A stretch of DNA of 32,000 nt, taken from assembly GCF_000025945.1 (NCBI RefSeq), contig NC_006138.1, forward strand, positions 1,470,001-1,502,000. The letters run 5' to 3'. The translations under genes and the position numbers were made by a program. Below the pieces are notes generated by a model. That model saw only the letters and a program-made list of their open reading frames with translations, was not told where the DNA came from and searched no databases. This document shows positions 27,618 through 32,000 of this stretch, in pieces; the first letter of the stretch is position 1; every line of letters starts with the position of its first letter. Source of the stretch: Desulfotalea psychrophila LSv54. GTDB taxonomy: Bacteria; Desulfobacterota; Desulfobulbia; Desulfobulbales; Desulfocapsaceae.

Positions 27618-30600
27618 ATGTTGCATCTTCATATATCTAACCACACCGAAAAGCTTCTCGAAATCTTAGCGGCCATTATTAAAAGAGAGGGCCGCGCCAA
27701 TCTCTTTGCCAGAGAAATTTTTTTAATTCAGAGCCCGGGGGTGGAGAGGACTGTCTGTCAGTATCTGGCCGATGAGTTTAAGAGCTGGTGTAATTTTGAT
27801 TTTCTCTTGCCTGCTGGTTTGTTGCGAAAAATAGCCTCAAGCCTCTATGTTGATCTTGAAACAGATCTCTTTGCCAGCCAGACGACCGTCTGGCGACTTG
27901 AGGCCCTGTTGCGGGATATTGATGAGGATATTTATCTGCCCTTGAAAAAATATGTAAGCGGCGAGGTGGCGGAGCTGAAAAGATATCAACTTGCCGGTCA
28001 GATAGCTCAGCTCTTTGATCAGTATCAGCTGATGCGTCCCAGCATGCTTGCCCGTTGGCGACTTGGCCAGAGGGTAACGGAGGAGGATTGCGAAATATGG
28101 CAGATGCATCTCTGGCAGAGACTGGTGGAGGAGTTCCCCGCTGCCCGGCATCAGGGAGAGATCTTAGAAAATATTATTGAAACATTGGAAAAAGAAGAGT
28201 GCCAACGTCGTCTGCCCAGGCGGATCTTTGTCTTTGGACTCCATACCATGGCCCCGCTCTTTTTAAAGTTCCTGCAGGCCCTGTCCTCCCGGACCGAGGT
28301 GCATCTCTTTCTCCTCTCCCCCTGCAGAGAATATTGGGGTGAGGTGGGGAGGGGAGGCGATCGTCTTCTCTCTCTGGAGGGCATAAGGGATTCGGGTGTC
28401 GATCTCTCTTCCTATGAGGAGGAAGAGCCTCAGCAGTTACTGGCCTCTCTTGGTCGGCAGGGCCGGGATTTTCAGCAGATGCTGGTGGCGTCCGCTGGTT
28501 ATAGTATAGACTCTGCCCTCTATCAGGGCTTAGGTGCTGGCTCTCCCCCCTCTCTTCTCCACGTCCTACAGGGGGATATTTTAGAGAGGGGCAGACTGGC
28601 GGTTACGGCAGCAAGAGACGATTCCCTTCGCATTGTCTCCTGCCATTCGCCTCTGCGGGAACTTGCTGTGCTCAAGGATCATATTCTTGACCTGCTCTAT
28701 AAGGATGCCAGCCTGCAGCTACGGGACATTGTGGTGATGGCCCCTGATATTCAGGAGTATGCCCCGCTCATTCCCGCCCTCTTCGCTGACATTCAGTACT
28801 CCATAGCCGATCGTGCCACGGGACAGCGCAATACGGTGATGGCTGTCTTTCTTGATTACCTCAACCTCTTCTCGGGAAGGTTCGGTTGGAGTGAGGTTCT
28901 TGATCTGCTTCGTTCGGAGCATATTTATTCCCAGTTTAGCCTTGGTGAGGGGGATTTTGATCTCCTGCAGAAGTGGGTGACAGAATCCGGTATTCGCTGG
29001 GGACTTTCAGCGGAGCAGAGGCAGGAGCTCGGCCTACCTCCCCTGGAGCTGAATACCTGGTTGGCTGGCTTGCAGAGGCTGCTCCTGGGCTTTGCCATGT
29101 CCGCCGATACCATGGTGGAGGGGGTTTTGGCCTACAGCGATATCGAGGGCAATAGTGCTCAGGCACTTGGCGGTCTTTGCGAATTTCTTCAGGTGTTACA
29201 GGGGGGACAAGAGCTCTATACCACTCCACGTCTTCTCCATGAGTGGGCAGAGTTGCTCCAGGGGGATGCGGAGCGTCTCTTTGGCGGTGAAGAAAATTCT
29301 GCCCATCAGGAACTACAGCAGATTCTGGCAGGGCTTGGCCGGGGCAGGGAGTATCAGGGCGTCCTTCTCTACAGTCAGCCCATTGCCTTTCAGGTGGTTA
29401 TGGCCTGGCTCCAGCAGGCCTCTGCCCAGGTTGGTTCCAGTGCAGGCTTTCTCCGGGGGCAGTTGACCTTCTGTTCTATGTTGCCCATGCGCTCTATTCC
29501 CTTTCGGGTGATCTGCCTTTTGGGGCTTAACGAGGGTAAGTTTCCCAAACAGGATAAGCAGGCGACCTTTGATCTCCTCGCCAGCAAACCCGAGCTGGGT
29601 GATCGCTCGCCAAGAATTGACGATCGTTATCAGTTTCTTGAGGCCCTGATCTCCGTGCGTGACTCTCTCTATCTGAGTTATGTGGGGAGATCGATAAAAA
29701 ATAATGGCGAGATTCCTCCCTCGGTTGTTCTCTGTGAACTGCTTGATCTGCTGGAGTGTAAATTTGCCATTAAGCCTGAGGATATTGTGGTTGAACAGCC
29801 CCTCCATCCCTTTAGTTCAAAATATTTTGAAGGGAGAGCTGACCTCTTTAGCTATAACGAGAACTGTCTTACCCTGGCCCAAAAGATCTATGGTGGTGGT
29901 GGCGGGGAGGAGCGTCCATGGTGGTCGGGGAACCTGGGACGACCTCAGGAGAACATCTACCTGGCCGATATGGTCTCTTTTTACAAGAACCCCCAACGTT
30001 GGTTTGTGAGCAGAAGTCTTGAGATTCGTCTGGGTGCCAGTTCGGATCTACCCGACGATACAGAGACCTTCTCTGCCTCGGGCCTTGATCGTTATCTGTT
30101 GGAACAGGGTTTGGTAGAGGATCTGCTGGCAGGTAGAGAGGTGGCAGATATCTATCATGGTCTGGCCATAGAGGGGCGCTGGCCCCAGGGGACTCCGGGG
30201 AGCCTCCTCTTTAAAAAACTCCTGACAGAGTTGGACGAATTTACCAACAGCATTCGTCAGATAGATCCCGGCCCGATTATCCAGACCCTTCCCATTGATC
30301 AGCGTATTGGCCCCTATCGTCTTTTGGGGAAGGTTGCCCTGCGCCAGAATGGGATTTTTCTCCATCGTTATGCCAATCGTAAGGGCAAAGATCTACTTGA
30401 GGCATGGTTATATCATCTGGTGGCGGGAAGGGAGCGACCGGATATTATCACCTGGCTGGTCTGTAAGGATGGGGTGCTGAAATTTTCAGAACAGCCGTCC
30501 GAGGAGATGCTCCTTCTCTATCTGGAGCACTTTGCCTTTGGTGTTAATACCCTCTCCTCCTTTCAAGTTGAGGCGGCCTATGCCTATAGTTTGCACTGTC

Positions 30601-30788
30601 AAAAGAAGAGTAAGAAGACACCGATGCAGGTAGCCGAGGAGACCTTGAAGGGGAGCGTGACAAAGGGGTATGAACCCGAGCTGGCCCTTGCCATCAGCGG
30701 TGGAGTGGAGGAGTTTTTGGCGGGAGAATTTGAACGATACTGTATAGAGCTGATGTTGCCTATTTGGGAGTACGCCGATGAGTTATAA
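27618..30788 (+). CDS. recC: Exodeoxyribonuclease V gamma subunit (RecC)
   Basis: 1056 aa; MLHLHISNHTEKLLEILAAIIKR, IQSPGVERTVCQYLADEF, VFGLHTMAPLFLKFLQALSSRTEVHLFLLSPCREYWGEV and LTFCSMLPMRSIPFRVICLLGLNEGKFPKQ are typical of RecC. Confidence 0.94.
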   Translation: MLHLHISNHTEKLLEILAAIIKREGRANLFAREIFLIQSPGVERTVCQYLADEFKSWCNFDFLLPAGLLRKIASSLYVDLETDLFASQTTVWRLEALLRDIDEDIYLPLKKYVSGEVAELKRYQLAGQIAQLFDQYQLMRPSMLARWRLGQRVTEEDCEIWQMHLWQRLVEEFPAARHQGEILENIIETLEKEECQRRLPRRIFVFGLHTMAPLFLKFLQALSSRTEVHLFLLSPCREYWGEVGRGGDRLLSLEGIRDSGVDLSSYEEEEPQQLLASLGRQGRDFQQMLVASAGYSIDSALYQGLGAGSPPSLLHVLQGDILERGRLAVTAARDDSLRIVSCHSPLRELAVLKDHILDLLYKDASLQLRDIVVMAPDIQEYAPLIPALFADIQYSIADRATGQRNTVMAVFLDYLNLFSGRFGWSEVLDLLRSEHIYSQFSLGEGDFDLLQKWVTESGIRWGLSAEQRQELGLPPLELNTWLAGLQRLLLGFAMSADTMVEGVLAYSDIEGNSAQALGGLCEFLQVLQGGQELYTTPRLLHEWAELLQGDAERLFGGEENSAHQELQQILAGLGRGREYQGVLLYSQPIAFQVVMAWLQQASAQVGSSAGFLRGQLTFCSMLPMRSIPFRVICLLGLNEGKFPKQDKQATFDLLASKPELGDRSPRIDDRYQFLEALISVRDSLYLSYVGRSIKNNGEIPPSVVLCELLDLLECKFAIKPEDIVVEQPLHPFSSKYFEGRADLFSYNENCLTLAQKIYGGGGGEERPWWSGNLGRPQENIYLADMVSFYKNPQRWFVSRSLEIRLGASSDLPDDTETFSASGLDRYLLEQGLVEDLLAGREVADIYHGLAIEGRWPQGTPGSLLFKKLLTELDEFTNSIRQIDPGPIIQTLPIDQRIGPYRLLGKVALRQNGIFLHRYANRKGKDLLEAWLYHLVAGRERPDIITWLVCKDGVLKFSEQPSEEMLLLYLEHFAFGVNTLSSFQVEAAYAYSLHCQKKSKKTPMQVAEETLKGSVTKGYEPELALAISGGVEEFLAGEFERYCIELMLPIWEYADEL

Positions 30789-32000
30789 AGCAGGAACGCC
30801 TGATCCGATTATCTTTGATGTGGCCAAAACACCCATGGAGAGAGGGGTTAATTTTATAGAGGCCAGTGCCGGGACAGGAAAGACCTATGCCATTGGTATG
30901 CTGGTCTTGCGGGCCATATGCGAGCAGGATATTGGCATTGATCGTATTCTTATTGTCACCTTTACCCGGGCGGCGGCCGAGGAGCTGCGTTCTCGGGTGC
31001 GGGCCCGTTTGGTGGAGGCCCGTGATCTTTTGCAGGGACGGCATGAGGATGCGAGTCTTCGTGCCTGGCAGGAGCATGCGGTAAAGGATGAGGGTGTGGC
31101 TCGACGCTTTATCTCTCGTCTGCAGCTGGCCATTGTCAATATTGACCGGGCAGGTATTTTCACCATCCACAGTTTTTGTCAGCGGATGCTCAGTGAGCAG
31201 GCCCTGGAAAGTGGTCAGCTCTTTAGGATGGATCTGCTTACCAGTCTCGATGACCTGCGTCTCCGGGCCGCCGAAGATTTTTGGCGTATTCATGTCTACT
31301 CCCTGTCTCCCTGGTCTTGTTCTTTGGTAATGGGCCAGTGGTCTTCTCCGGCGGATCTGCTCGCCAACGCCTTTGTCCATCTCCATGGCGATACCCGGAT
31401 AGAACCAGAGGTGGAAGATATCTCTCTTCTTTGGCAAAATCTCGAAGGAGCCATCGCCAGGATGAAGGAGTGGTGGCTCGGTTCGGGTACCGCCCTGCAG
31501 GAGGCCCTGGCCGAGGCCTGTGGCGAAGACAAGTTTAAGAAGGCCTTTGTCGCAGACTTTGCCGGCTCTTTCCGGGCCTGTGAAAAGTTCTTTCTGGGGC
31601 AGGCAGAAAAATTTCCGGCAAATCTCTCCTGGCTGACCGTGGCCGGGTTGAAGGTTGAGATAAACGGCAATAAGTTTCGTGGTAAGAAAAAGGATGAGAT
31701 CGACCCCTTTCTTAACAGCATGGGTCTGCCCGAAATGGCGGCCACGGAGTTACTGGAGCTCAAGAAGCAGCTCTTTATCGGCTACCGTATATTCTTTGCC
31801 GGAGAGCTGGAGCGAGGGGTAGGGCGGCAGCTGCAGGAGCATGGCTCCATCTCCTTTGATCAGCTTATTTCCCGTCTCGCAGCTGGGCTCTGCGGTGAGG
31901 AGACCCATTTGCAGACGGCCCTGCAAGCCCGTTATGATCTGGCCTTGATCGATGAGTTTCAGGATACTGATAACGAGCAGTGGCATATCTTCTCCAAGCT
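30778..32000 (+). CDS. recB: Exodeoxyribonuclease V beta subunit (RecB), N-terminal part; runs off the window
   Basis: Manual translation from the ATG at 30778: MSYKAGTPDPIIFDVAKTPMERGVNFIEASAGTGKTYAIGMLVLRAICEQDIGIDRILIVTFTRAAAEELRSRVRARL ... ALIDEFQDTDNEQWHIF. This shows UvrD-type Walker A and Walker B motifs. It overlaps the recC stop. Confidence 0.95.
   Translation, partial: MSYKAGTPDPIIFDVAKTPMERGVNFIEASAGTGKTYAIGMLVLRAICEQDIGIDRILIVTFTRAAAEELRSRVRARLVEARDLLQGRHEDASLRAWQEHAVKDEGVARRFISRLQLAIVNIDRAGIFTIHSFCQRMLSEQALESGQLFRMDLLTSLDDLRLRAAEDFWRIHVYSLSPWSCSLVMGQWSSPADLLANAFVHLHGDTRIEPEVEDISLLWQNLEGAIARMKEWWLGSGTALQEALAEACGEDKFKKAFVADFAGSFRACEKFFLGQAEKFPANLSWLTVAGLKVEINGNKFRGKKKDEIDPFLNSMGLPEMAATELLELKKQLFIGYRIFFAGELERGVGRQLQEHGSISFDQLISRLAAGLCGEETHLQTALQARYDLALIDEFQDTDNEQWHIFSK

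Noticed and set aside
28719-29807. Multiple short ORFs antisense to recC
   Set aside because: They overlap a well-supported 1056-aa RecC coding sequence and show no domain features.
27618-32000. RecBC as part of a Shedu defence island
   Set aside because: recB/recC are standard repair genes, and several unrelated housekeeping genes separate them from the Shedu locus.

Overview
The window is a bacterial chromosomal segment, mostly housekeeping. It looks like a sulfate-reducing deltaproteobacterium, but that is inference from gene content only. Left part, minus strand: a respiratory complex I-like operon, nuoA-B-C-D-H-I-J-K followed by at least two antiporter-type subunits. No nuoE/F/G is present between or beside these genes in the window. 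Middle part: a DUF169-type gene, a LysR regulator, truA, argC, rpsI, rplM, tRNA-Gly(GCC), hisB, a small lipoprotein, a TtcA-like PP-loop ATPase, asnS, a ubiE/menG-type methyltransferase and an AMP-forming acyl-CoA ligase. Accessory segment, about 19.76-22.9 kb: a MITE/REP-like inverted-repeat element, a degenerate ~42/40-bp tandem array carrying a 12-bp dyad in each unit, a small HEPN-like protein, and a 417-aa protein with the hallmarks of a Shedu (SduA/DUF4263) antiphage nuclease. Right part: an EamA transporter, a MOSC protein with an unexplained C-terminal tail, a universal stress protein, a YbaK-like deacylase, two uncharacterised proteins, and recC plus the start of recB. The main candidate for a notable system is the HEPN-like plus Shedu pair next to the dyad-bearing tandem array. 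Shedu itself is a known family. Any functional link to the HEPN-like gene or the array is a hypothesis.
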